Made by a program: the position numbers and the translations under genes. Shown here piece after piece: positions 28,272 through 37,660 of a stretch of DNA of 64,000 nt; the stretch's first letter is position 1; each line of letters opens with the position of its first letter. The notes under the pieces are model-generated. The model saw only the letters and a program-made list of their open reading frames with translations, had not been told where the DNA came from and ran no database searches. Source of the DNA: Candidatus Heimdallarchaeota archaeon (GTDB taxonomy: Archaea > Asgardarchaeota > Heimdallarchaeia > Hodarchaeales > Hodarchaeaceae); NCBI GenBank assembly GCA_048881705.1, contig JBHLSH010000003.1, positions 37,890 to 101,889 on the forward strand. Reading direction: 5' to 3'.

Positions 28272-29855
28272 TTGGCTGAACAAATAGATCTCGATCGAAA
28301 TGCAGGTAATTTGGAACTTTCAGACCTCACGATCGAGAGACGTGAATATCAAATAGCTGCAACCAAAGAAATCATTGACAATCTATCCAATTCAGTCCTA
28401 TTGAACTACCCGTATGGAACAGGCAAGACGATTATAGCATTATTGACTTTTTTAGCTCTTAGGAAAGAGTACCCTAGCGCACAGTTTGTTTTCACTTCTG
28501 CTCGAGAGGCAGCTGCGCTCCGTTGTCGTCAAGCGTTAGAAATGGCAAAGGAATTCGGGTTTGTGGGTAAATTAGGGTATCTTTTGGATCCAAAAGGAGG
28601 AAAGGGATTAAGTCTTACTCAGCGAGTCAAAATGTTCAAAGCAAGCACAGTGATTTTCTGTCCAATCACAACGCTGATGAATGAAAGATTTCAAATCAAA
28701 AGTCGACTTAATATTGATATTCTTTCCTCTGTGCACCTTATGGTGATCGATGAAGCGACAGATGTGTTGGCTCGGTCAGTAACGGGATTTCGTCTTTCCA
28801 AACACTTTGATGAAATGTTTAGGGTGAGAGCGAAAGTTAATCCATTTCCTATACTTGCTCTGACAGGAAGTCGCGATCAGACACGAATCCAGGCCATTCT
28901 TCGCTATATCGGAGATTCTTCACACTTGATGCAAAAGATGGAATTGTCTCCATACGAAACAATTACCAGGATCCACCAAATAGTGAGGAATGACTATATC
29001 AATTCAGATCAATGGATATCCTCTGCCATGGCAAAGCCAATAGCCAACATACAAAACATCCTAAGTCCCAAATTAACAAGACTTGAAATAATTAAGATGT
29101 CGTATGGAGGAGTTTTGGATAGGCTTCAATCTTCCTCTGGACAATTTCCCATTAAAATCGGAAATTATGAAATTTCTGACGATAAAGCCAGACAAGAAGC
29201 TATATCTGCGTTCATTCTACTCTTCAAGCTTCTTCATGCTAGGTTACTGTTATTAGAGTCAACCCCAGGGGAGTTTTTGAGGTATATTAAGGACGGGGGA
29301 AATCAGGAAATCTTTGAGGATCTAATTCCGCTAAGCTCGGATATCATTTCCCATAGAGCCGAATTTACACCTTTCGATAATCCCGACGATCGTAAACCTA
29401 GGGGATTAATACATCCAAAGGTGGAACGGGCGATAGGTATCATCTATGATCATCTGACTCGGGGGGCCAAAATTTTACTGTTTTCTCGATATATTGCGTT
29501 AGGAGAACAACTTAATGCGCTCTTACAAGCTTTAAAATTTCCAGGGGTCAAGTTTCTATCAGGAAAAACCCCGGAGGAGACAAGACGGATTATTATCGAC
29601 CAGTTTCGAAAAGAGGATGTAGATGTATTGATCTTTACCCCAGTGGGAGGTAGAGGGTTAAATTTAGGTGAGGCTGATGTTGTTGTTCATCTGGATGTAA
29701 CCAGCAATTTAGATGATATGACTCAGCGTAGAGAACGGGCAAGGGGCTGTATGGAATATGTACTTGTTCTGATGCAGACAAGTGAAGAAGCCAAAGTTCT
29801 AGAGTACCAAAAATTAACAGGTGCAAGTGTAGATAACACTAGAATGCGTTCCTAG
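28272..29855 (+). CDS. Divergent SF2 helicase, Hef/FANCM-like, no nuclease domain
   Basis: Q-motif RREYQ, Walker A YPYGTGKT, IDEAT, HPK, IFSRY, GRGLNL, QRRERARG. Confidence 0.78.
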   Translation: MAEQIDLDRNAGNLELSDLTIERREYQIAATKEIIDNLSNSVLLNYPYGTGKTIIALLTFLALRKEYPSAQFVFTSAREAAALRCRQALEMAKEFGFVGKLGYLLDPKGGKGLSLTQRVKMFKASTVIFCPITTLMNERFQIKSRLNIDILSSVHLMVIDEATDVLARSVTGFRLSKHFDEMFRVRAKVNPFPILALTGSRDQTRIQAILRYIGDSSHLMQKMELSPYETITRIHQIVRNDYINSDQWISSAMAKPIANIQNILSPKLTRLEIIKMSYGGVLDRLQSSSGQFPIKIGNYEISDDKARQEAISAFILLFKLLHARLLLLESTPGEFLRYIKDGGNQEIFEDLIPLSSDIISHRAEFTPFDNPDDRKPRGLIHPKVERAIGIIYDHLTRGAKILLFSRYIALGEQLNALLQALKFPGVKFLSGKTPEETRRIIIDQFRKEDVDVLIFTPVGGRGLNLGEADVVVHLDVTSNLDDMTQRRERARGCMEYVLVLMQTSEEAKVLEYQKLTGASVDNTRMRS

Positions 29856-29994
29856 TGTTTTATGATTGTTTCAATGGTTTTATCCTTGATTAAGGTTAAC
29901 TGGAGATGAAGGATAGGGGGACAAGGTGATCCTCCACTCATGGAGTAACCTAGCTTCATATAAAGAGATTTGTAAGATCCCTATAAAGCTAGTT

Positions 29995-32529
29995 TTAGGA
30001 TAATACGGTTAGTCTGATAGGTTCAACTTTCTTATAATCTTTCAATAAAATCTTCAGTGGATCTTCCTTCTCCATCGTTAGCGAGATGGGGATTTGGAAG
30101 AGTCTCTTATTTTCTTCAAGAAATGGAATGAGTAGGTTCAAGTCGGCCTCTTGAATACTTGATAGCTGGCCACCATTCAGTTGGTCGGTATCCACTTTAT
30201 CCTCTGGATCACGAACATAGATCGCACCCCCAGATGCCAAGGAGAACAAATTGCTGCCAGGATAGGGAGTATCGAGTGATTCCAATTCCCCCAATCCGTT
30301 AAACTTGATACCATTTAGAATAACAAACCCTCCGCCCTCCAAAGGGTCTCCAGCCATGAAGGATTCCGCAAGGTAATCCAAACATGTACCGTTTATTATA
30401 ACACGAGGTTTTCCCACAGCATTGATCAGAGGTCGTCCTGCAGCGTTACCCAGAACATAGGCTTCCCCTCCCTTAGCACCATACATGAAAGTTTGACCTA
30501 CATCACCGTAAATGACGACTTTGCCCGCTTTCATTATGTTACAGACCTGATCTTGTGCACTAGTATGGACATAGATTTCAGCTCCGTCTAGACCAGATCC
30601 CAGATAATCTCCTGGATTTCCATAGACATCTATTCGAAATCCGTGAGAATTTGGACCCAATCCGCATCCACAAAATCGCTGGCCTCGCCAGTCAAATGTG
30701 TACACACGTTTCCAGCCCAATTTATAAGCTTTGACGATATATCGGGCCGCAGATTCATCTCCTTCGGCAGGGAACTCAGACGCATCCATGATTAAAGCTG
30801 TTTCATGTGAAGACGGACGTCTCAAATAAGTTCGCGATTTCCAGTCGAATCGAGTCCAGGATTGGATTGAATCACGATCTATTTTAGGAATCTCTCGAAA
30901 AATCTTTGAAATAGTGGTTTCAATAGTATCCCTGGCCTTCCCGTTCCTGCCAAAAGGGGAGAGATGTAAGCTGTCCAGTAACGAAGTTAATAGGTGGATC
31001 GAGTTCTGCATTCGCTTCTCTGACCCCGTTGTTTGATTAAAAATGCTTGTACAAAAATCGAACAGAGTCGGAGACTGATTTAACTCAGTTCGGTTTTCCA
31101 AAACTTGATTTAGAGAAAATCGGGAGAGGAAAGTGGAAAGATTGTCAAACGTAATCCGAGGCTTTCGGGCATCAATTGGTCTGCCAAACTTATCGGTACA
31201 TATCAGCTTCATCTTTCCATCTTTCAACTTATGAATGGTGTAAACAAATGCTCCTCCGTCTGTATAACTGCCCCCTCGTGCATTCCAATAAATATCAGCC
31301 TTGGCTGCAAACCTAGAATCAGTCTCAGCAAGGCTTCGGAGCAAGGCATCAATTGCCTGACGCTCCGAAGCAATTATACCTATTTCCTCTTCATTCTGTT
31401 GCAGAGCAAATACCTGGGGACGAAGCATCGAGGTATCTGTTATTCCGATTAATTCGATGTTTCCTGTCTGAGGTTTTGACCTACCGACAATGAAAAACCA
31501 AGGGCCGTCAGGGGAGCCATGAATATGTGTAGTTTGGAGTTCACGGTAAATTCGCTTTCTATCCTCGTCGAGCATTAAAAAATCTCTTTCCATGGTGGGT
31601 GCCAGAGCTTCTAGCACGTATTCCAGGGGGTATTTGTAGATTCGATCCCACAAATCAAACAAATAGACTGCAACTTCCGTATCGGTAAGAAATAGAGGGT
31701 ATATATTGCGTTGAGCTAAATATTCTGAGACCGAATGATAATTCGAGAAATCTCCATTGTGTACGAGCGCCTCATGCAACCCAATGAAGGGATGGGCACC
31801 TCCAGGATGCCACACGGTTCCTTTAGTCGGGTATCTATGATGGCCGATCCAAATATGGCCGGAGTTGTTCAAGAGTTTGTAGTATTGAATCGCCTGATGA
31901 CCATAACCTACAATTTTGAAGACCAGCATGTTTTTTCCATGACTGAGTACAAATGCTCTTTTTTCACCCAAGGACGCGTAAAACTTCTTATTCAAAGCAT
32001 ACGAGTTTTGGTAGACAAATTCGTCCTCAATATCTTGATCACTTCCATTTAATCCGTGTTTATCCTTGAAATCAACCAGTATTTTCTTATTAACCCTACA
32101 GAAATAGCGATAAACACGCGGGGGTGCTATTTCTAACCCTATTTTCTGAAAATCATCAAGTGAGTCAACCCATCCCTCCGAATGAATGTCAAAAAAGGGG
32201 ATTATGAACTCCTCTTCCAGTTGTGATTTACAGCTTACTTCTAGAAAGGCAATTTGAAGGATATAATCATTGTCAAGTGTCTTCTGAGAGATGCCAAGTT
32301 CTTCGGCTGAAAGGCCAAGTATAGCTACGCCGCCACCCTTACCATTTCCTCGATTCTTCATCTGAATTAGTGCGTTCAAAAGGTGAAATCCTTTAATTTG
32401 GGTTGAACTGGCCACCCCAATAACTCCACATCCTCCTTCAGCAACTTTTTTCTTTGAAATCTCGGAATTTTCAACGAGAGAAGACCTGGATTTCAATAGG
32501 TTCTCTATTAATGCCAATCTAGCCACCAC
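29995..32529 (-). CDS. Glutamate synthase-related class II glutamine amidotransferase + GXGXG domain fusion
   Basis: EGGCGVIG (Cys34), NRGNGKGGG, HHRYPT, LVHNGDF, TDTEV, DGPWFF; C-terminal GNPGDYLGSGLDG...GQTFMYGAKGG repeats. Confidence 0.9.
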   Translation of the reverse strand: MVARLALIENLLKSRSSLVENSEISKKKVAEGGCGVIGVASSTQIKGFHLLNALIQMKNRGNGKGGGVAILGLSAEELGISQKTLDNDYILQIAFLEVSCKSQLEEEFIIPFFDIHSEGWVDSLDDFQKIGLEIAPPRVYRYFCRVNKKILVDFKDKHGLNGSDQDIEDEFVYQNSYALNKKFYASLGEKRAFVLSHGKNMLVFKIVGYGHQAIQYYKLLNNSGHIWIGHHRYPTKGTVWHPGGAHPFIGLHEALVHNGDFSNYHSVSEYLAQRNIYPLFLTDTEVAVYLFDLWDRIYKYPLEYVLEALAPTMERDFLMLDEDRKRIYRELQTTHIHGSPDGPWFFIVGRSKPQTGNIELIGITDTSMLRPQVFALQQNEEEIGIIASERQAIDALLRSLAETDSRFAAKADIYWNARGGSYTDGGAFVYTIHKLKDGKMKLICTDKFGRPIDARKPRITFDNLSTFLSRFSLNQVLENRTELNQSPTLFDFCTSIFNQTTGSEKRMQNSIHLLTSLLDSLHLSPFGRNGKARDTIETTISKIFREIPKIDRDSIQSWTRFDWKSRTYLRRPSSHETALIMDASEFPAEGDESAARYIVKAYKLGWKRVYTFDWRGQRFCGCGLGPNSHGFRIDVYGNPGDYLGSGLDGAEIYVHTSAQDQVCNIMKAGKVVIYGDVGQTFMYGAKGGEAYVLGNAAGRPLINAVGKPRVIINGTCLDYLAESFMAGDPLEGGGFVILNGIKFNGLGELESLDTPYPGSNLFSLASGGAIYVRDPEDKVDTDQLNGGQLSSIQEADLNLLIPFLEENKRLFQIPISLTMEKEDPLKILLKDYKKVEPIRLTVLS

Positions 32530-33775
32530 GGTAAACCAACAAATCAGTCCGGCCCCTTAGCTCACGAATCGACTTCATATCATAAAAAGATAGCAAACGC
32601 CGCCATTGAATGGCCCACGAGTTGTATAGGTTAACAATACGCTGTGCCCCCCAGTTTGGATCTATTAATAGGGAGAGTTCGGGATCAGTCGTTGTAATAC
32701 CGATCTGACAGCCACGGCCCCGCTCACAGTTTCCGCAATGTGTACATCCAACGGCCACAGCCTCCGCTGTTCCAATAACGCAGCCATCTGCACCTAAAGC
32801 GATTGCCTTGGCAACATCATATGCTGTTCTAATCCCCCCGCTGGCGATAAGGACGATTTCGTCTCTAACTCCCTCGGATTTCAGATATTTATGAACAATT
32901 GGAATAGCATATTCAATAGGCATTGCGATATTCTTTTTTGCAATTTCGGGAGCAGCTCCCGTCCCACCATAGGCACCATCAATATGAAAAATGTTTGCTC
33001 CAGCATAATAGCTTCCTATAGCTACCATGTCAATGTCTCCTGGAGTTGAAACTTTAACTGAAACCAACGCTGCGGGATTTATGGTTCTAATCCAATCTAC
33101 ATGCTTTTTGTGATCTTCCACAGAGTAAACAGAATGAAAAGGGAAAGGAGAATATAAAGTGGTAAAAGGTATTGATTCACGCATTTTCGCAACCATGGAG
33201 GTTACCTTATCGGCTAAAAGATGCCCACCCAATCCCGGTTTCGCCCCTTGAGCATATTTAAATTCAACTACCCGTGCATATTGAACTGTTTCCTCTCGTA
33301 CTCCAAATAGGCCAGTTGCAACTTGAGTAATAACGTGATCCCTAAAGGGAACTAATATTGGGGGATATCCACCCTCTCCAGTTGAAGTAAAAGAGCCAAG
33401 TCGTTGCGCTGCAATTGCCCTTGCCAACATGAAATTCAAACTGACTGATCCTAATGACATCCCTCCGCCATACACAGGGATTAAGGATCGGATTGATGGC
33501 CCCTCATTTCTAAGGTTTAACGGGATCGAAAGGTCAATATTCTGAGTTGCAGGCAGATCTGATGTTTTAATCTGACTTAAGGCCTTAAACTCAAGCCTAT
33601 CGAATCCCCCCCCAGAGTATCCAACCTTATATTCGAGTCCGGAGTCGGGAGGTGTTCCAGTCATGGCTTGGTGGTATGTCGCCAGAAGGAGCTCCATTGT
33701 CCATCTTTTATCGCCTAATCCCAAGGAAAGGCCATACTGCAGAGTAGGTAAAACCGACAATCCTTCTGAGATCAT
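32519..33775 (-). CDS. FMN-binding glutamate synthase subunit (GltB2-like); start likely ATG 33775 (tracked 33877)
   Basis: GGGMSLGS, STGEGG, QVATGLFG, EFKYAQGAKPGLGGHL, ASGGIRT, CTHCGNCERGRGC. Confidence 0.92.
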   Translation of the reverse strand: MISEGLSVLPTLQYGLSLGLGDKRWTMELLLATYHQAMTGTPPDSGLEYKVGYSGGGFDRLEFKALSQIKTSDLPATQNIDLSIPLNLRNEGPSIRSLIPVYGGGMSLGSVSLNFMLARAIAAQRLGSFTSTGEGGYPPILVPFRDHVITQVATGLFGVREETVQYARVVEFKYAQGAKPGLGGHLLADKVTSMVAKMRESIPFTTLYSPFPFHSVYSVEDHKKHVDWIRTINPAALVSVKVSTPGDIDMVAIGSYYAGANIFHIDGAYGGTGAAPEIAKKNIAMPIEYAIPIVHKYLKSEGVRDEIVLIASGGIRTAYDVAKAIALGADGCVIGTAEAVAVGCTHCGNCERGRGCQIGITTTDPELSLLIDPNWGAQRIVNLYNSWAIQWRRLLSFYDMKSIRELRGRTDLLVYRGG

Positions 33776-33803
33776 TTTTGCATGTTTTTCAATCTCTACG
33801 GAT

Positions 33804-35321
33804 TTATCCCCTAGCAATATCAGCAAAAGCCTCCTTTTCCAGATCTTCATTGAACATGGCTCGACCAGCGTCCCCACGAAGTCGTCTCACATCTCGTATC
33901 CCCATAGCCGATAGAATCTCTATTAGCTGGTCATGCCACGAAGCCATTAGGTTTATCAAGCGCTGTTTACCCCATTCAATAGGAAAATTCTCTTTCTGAA
34001 CGCGTCCTGTTTCTCCTGTTGAACATTCCCCTTTAAATTCACACTGCAAAGCAACCAAAATTGAAGTATCGATGGCTACTAGATCCGCTCCACAGATAAT
34101 AGCTTTAGGAACGTGTTCCGCCAAGATGATTCCACCACTGGCTATAACGGTTATTTCGTCCCTCATTCGCTCCCTAATTAAGTCTAGATGAACTCTCCTC
34201 AGTAAATCCATTATAAATAGTGAATTTGGGCTCTTAAACTGTTTTCCGTGATAATTAGCATACAGATGTAACGAATCTATACCTCTTCTGGTAAGATCAA
34301 TTGCCCTGGCGGTATTCATCTCATGTTTTTCAAAAGGAACTCTTACAATGATCAATAATCGGTCATACGAGGATTTAATTTCTTCATAATTCCATGAGGG
34401 GTGGAAATCCAGTTCGACTGCCTGAAAACCTTCCAGATCAAGAGTTTCGGTTTGACGAAAGTCTTCGTACTTTATCAGGGGAATAAGAGAGGATCTTAAA
34501 GCTTTTAATTCTCTATTAGGATTGGAAATACGTTTAATAAACATAGTTCCGATTTGTTCACTTGTTTCACTAATGCTTTCCTGAACTGATTGCATATTAA
34601 GATTTGAGGGCAGATGATCAAAGATAATAGGTAAAGGAATTGTTAATGTCTTCGATGGATTGATAATTCTTCCCTGCCTAATTTTCAGATAGGCAGGCTT
34701 TCTTCCAAGGTTTACCAACGTAGAGATATATTCTCGTCCATGAACACCGTCTCTGGTTGGACGAACAATTTCAGACATATCTGTCCACATACTATCCCAC
34801 CCAGCTCCTGCAAAACTGCCCTTGTACCCCATCCCTTTAATCGGAATTTTACCTGTTTCTGCTTCATAATTTATCGTTGCTATCGGGCTAATTGATAACC
34901 TCTCTGGATCCTCTCCGCTCCAGTACGAATCAGCGAAGGAAGTATACGCCTTGTTACGCTCTACGCTACAAAAGCCAGGAAACTCCTGAACGCAGCGATA
35001 ACAGCCCGTACATAACTCTTTTCGTGGTGAAAATCCACCAAGATGTCCGTCAAAAACCCCATAAATACAAGGTCTGCTTAAAAGCGCTGCTCTATACTCT
35101 TTCTTAAACAGCAGCTTTGTATTATAATGTAGAGCTTCCTTAATCAACATCTTGGCCAACCCAGTCTTTTTCACGTGTGGGATAAACGGATGGGGTTGTT
35201 TTTTGCGCGATGGTGCCAAAACTGGCTCAAGATGTAGTCTTGCGTCATTTTTCGACGATTTTACTTCCGTAACTTTTCCAGGCTGTTCTACCAACACTTT
35301 AAAGCACTCTGGAACTGGCAT
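33804..35321 (-). CDS. Second glutamate synthase FMN-domain paralog with N-terminal Fe-S motif
   Basis: CTGCYRCVQEFPGFC, WDSMWTDMSEIVRPTRDG, IASGGIILAEHVPKAIICGAD; lacks AQGAKPG. Confidence 0.82.
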   Translation of the reverse strand: MPVPECFKVLVEQPGKVTEVKSSKNDARLHLEPVLAPSRKKQPHPFIPHVKKTGLAKMLIKEALHYNTKLLFKKEYRAALLSRPCIYGVFDGHLGGFSPRKELCTGCYRCVQEFPGFCSVERNKAYTSFADSYWSGEDPERLSISPIATINYEAETGKIPIKGMGYKGSFAGAGWDSMWTDMSEIVRPTRDGVHGREYISTLVNLGRKPAYLKIRQGRIINPSKTLTIPLPIIFDHLPSNLNMQSVQESISETSEQIGTMFIKRISNPNRELKALRSSLIPLIKYEDFRQTETLDLEGFQAVELDFHPSWNYEEIKSSYDRLLIIVRVPFEKHEMNTARAIDLTRRGIDSLHLYANYHGKQFKSPNSLFIMDLLRRVHLDLIRERMRDEITVIASGGIILAEHVPKAIICGADLVAIDTSILVALQCEFKGECSTGETGRVQKENFPIEWGKQRLINLMASWHDQLIEILSAMGIRDVRRLRGDAGRAMFNEDLEKEAFADIARG

Positions 35322-35633
35322 TAATAGTTTGGTTTTTTCTATAAAGAATTTAAAAAGTTGACTTATCGATCCACGTCGAAAACAAATTTCTGATAGTTTG
35401 GTTTTTTCATTGGAAAATTAATTGGATATTTGCCACTCTCTTTATTTTTCTGAAACCAATCCCTGCTAATTTCACCCCATATTGTTCCTTCCCATCCAAA
35501 AACAAAGTATCCAATGAATAACTTATATAGACTGTTGTTAGCGCATATTAAAGTAGATTTAACATTCTATTAAGGTCGTGCATGCGTTGACTTCCTTTTA
35601 AGACCAGCCTAGTAATAAAGGGTTCTCGAAAGC

Positions 35634-36113
35634 CTAGTCGCTTTGCGGTTCATAAGATTTCTGGGAAACCCGAGACAAGAGAAGGTGGTTAAACCACGGA
35701 GGTAAAGCTACTTGCTCTACTCGGTCTCCATTAGGTAGATATGGCTTGAGATCCAAAATAGGAGTCCCATCGTAAGCATCAATTGAATCAATATAAACTA
35801 GATTATCCTCTATGCATAAGATCTTAACTAATGTCATACCTATAGGATTAGGCCTGTTAGGAGACCGAGTTGCAAATACTCCCATCTCTTGGGGATCATT
35901 ATGCTGCTTTGTTACACGTGGAATAACCTTCAAAACGGTCCGTGCATTTGGCGTGTCTCTTCTGTGAATCCACCATAGAACAAAGACATGTGATATCATT
36001 TCCAGACGAAATAGTCCCGATTTATATTCTGGGAGGATTTCCAAAAAAGCTTGGTTTTCTGTATGCCGAATCCTACCAATTGGATGGAGTTTAAATGTTC
36101 GCTTTTTAGCCAT
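35634..36113 (-). CDS. trmO: tRNA N6-adenosine(37) methyltransferase TrmO/TsaA family
   Basis: LHPIG, SHVFVLWWIH, GVFATRSPNRPNPIG, IDAYDGTPILDLKPY. Confidence 0.93.
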   Translation of the reverse strand: MAKKRTFKLHPIGRIRHTENQAFLEILPEYKSGLFRLEMISHVFVLWWIHRRDTPNARTVLKVIPRVTKQHNDPQEMGVFATRSPNRPNPIGMTLVKILCIEDNLVYIDSIDAYDGTPILDLKPYLPNGDRVEQVALPPWFNHLLLSRVSQKSYEPQSD

Positions 36114-36271
36114 CTATCCATATCTCCTCAGGTCGCGAAAGGCGAATTACTTTTAGTATCAGACCGTGTGCATCGTTTTTTAACCGTAACGCCACTTCAT
36201 AGGTTTCTTACCCTCCCCCCTCACGAGGTTGGATTAGATAGCCTGTAACAAGAATCCCTTATGATGTGAGA

Positions 36272-37579
36272 TTAGATTTCATCTTTTTTGAATGGAGTTC
36301 CGCAATCTCCACAGAATTCTGCATATAAGGTCAGTTGTGAAGCACCACACACGTCACAAATTTCTGATGGTTTTTCTAAAGTTTCTTGAACTTTAATTCT
36401 AGATACGGAATCAGCTGCGGCCAAAGGCGCTCCTACTCGAAAAATGAAGAACGAAATTATTCCCATCAAGGGAAATAAGAGTAAAACCTCCATTATCATT
36501 TCTAGGAATTCCTGGTAAATCCCAAACTGTTCTAAAACGGCCGGGATAAGCATAATAATGACATTTCGGCCGCCTTCTATTATTGCGAATACCAGAATCA
36601 ACCATAACACAGGCAATAGACGAGACCTTCTAATATTTACATCCTTGAGAATAAGCAGCCAAGTTGGTTGGGGTCCATCGGAATCCCAATAACGTTCGAT
36701 TGTAAACAAAACTCCAACGAACACCAAAAAACCGACAAGAATTCCAATCAAGAGCCAATATCCCGCCAAAGTAATTATGAATCGATCATTACTCTGAATA
36801 GCAAGCGTTGACAAAGCCAAAAAGCCGTTGGAAATTCCGTGCAATACAATCGGGTAAAGGACGTTTCTTGTTCTTATGTAAATATACCCAAACGCGACCC
36901 CGCTGGCAAAGATAGAGGCAAAATTAAGAGCGGCATAATGGAGGGAATTTTGAAATAGATCTAATGGTGTATGAATACTTGCAAATAGCATACTGGAGAG
37001 AATGAGGATCCAGAAGGTTCCAAATCCACGGCGTTCAAGAAAGGGAATAAGTGTTCTACGGAAAATTAACTCCTCTGCGATCGATGCGCCGATGACGATG
37101 ACAACAATGTAAAGAAAAATATAAGGCGGAAAATCAGCTAGTTCCGCAGTTGGGCCCAAGCCTCCAGTACTTATCTGGAAGGTTTCCGTTATGGAGGTGC
37201 CAAGTTGAGTCTGGAGAATCCGATCAATTAGGGTTAGGCCTGCAACCAAAAAAAGGAGAAGTAAAGTATATACGAAATATAGGCTCCTCCAATGGTTTCC
37301 CGGGGGCATTCTTACGTCGTCTGGTTCAATTGCCTCCTTTCGTGACATTAAGATATACAGCGAAACTGCTCCAACTTGAGAAAACAGAATTAGGATTAAG
37401 TTTGCTATTGGTTGGTAGGTGCTGGAGTCAATTTGTAAAATTTGGAGGAAAAAAAATGCCAGAAAACTTGCCCCAGCCACTCCTCTAGATATATCAAGGA
37501 AAAGGAGGAGAACTAGGACTACTGCAAAGGGATAAATCAAATCCCTCCTTAAGATTGAAACAGACGTAGGATCTTCCAA
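36272..37579 (-). CDS. CPBP (Abi/Rce1-like) intramembrane metalloprotease with C-terminal zinc ribbon
   Basis: AEELIFRR, FASIH, LHGISN; CDVCG...FCGDCG. Confidence 0.9.
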   Translation of the reverse strand: MEDPTSVSILRRDLIYPFAVVLVLLLFLDISRGVAGASFLAFFFLQILQIDSSTYQPIANLILILFSQVGAVSLYILMSRKEAIEPDDVRMPPGNHWRSLYFVYTLLLLFLVAGLTLIDRILQTQLGTSITETFQISTGGLGPTAELADFPPYIFLYIVVIVIGASIAEELIFRRTLIPFLERRGFGTFWILILSSMLFASIHTPLDLFQNSLHYAALNFASIFASGVAFGYIYIRTRNVLYPIVLHGISNGFLALSTLAIQSNDRFIITLAGYWLLIGILVGFLVFVGVLFTIERYWDSDGPQPTWLLILKDVNIRRSRLLPVLWLILVFAIIEGGRNVIIMLIPAVLEQFGIYQEFLEMIMEVLLLFPLMGIISFFIFRVGAPLAAADSVSRIKVQETLEKPSEICDVCGASQLTLYAEFCGDCGTPFKKDEI

Positions 37580-37660
37580 GAGTAACCAACCTATTGAGGT
37601 TGGTAATATAATAAATTTTTTTTATTTTAAAATGTAAATATTCGTTTTAGAAGTGTTGAG

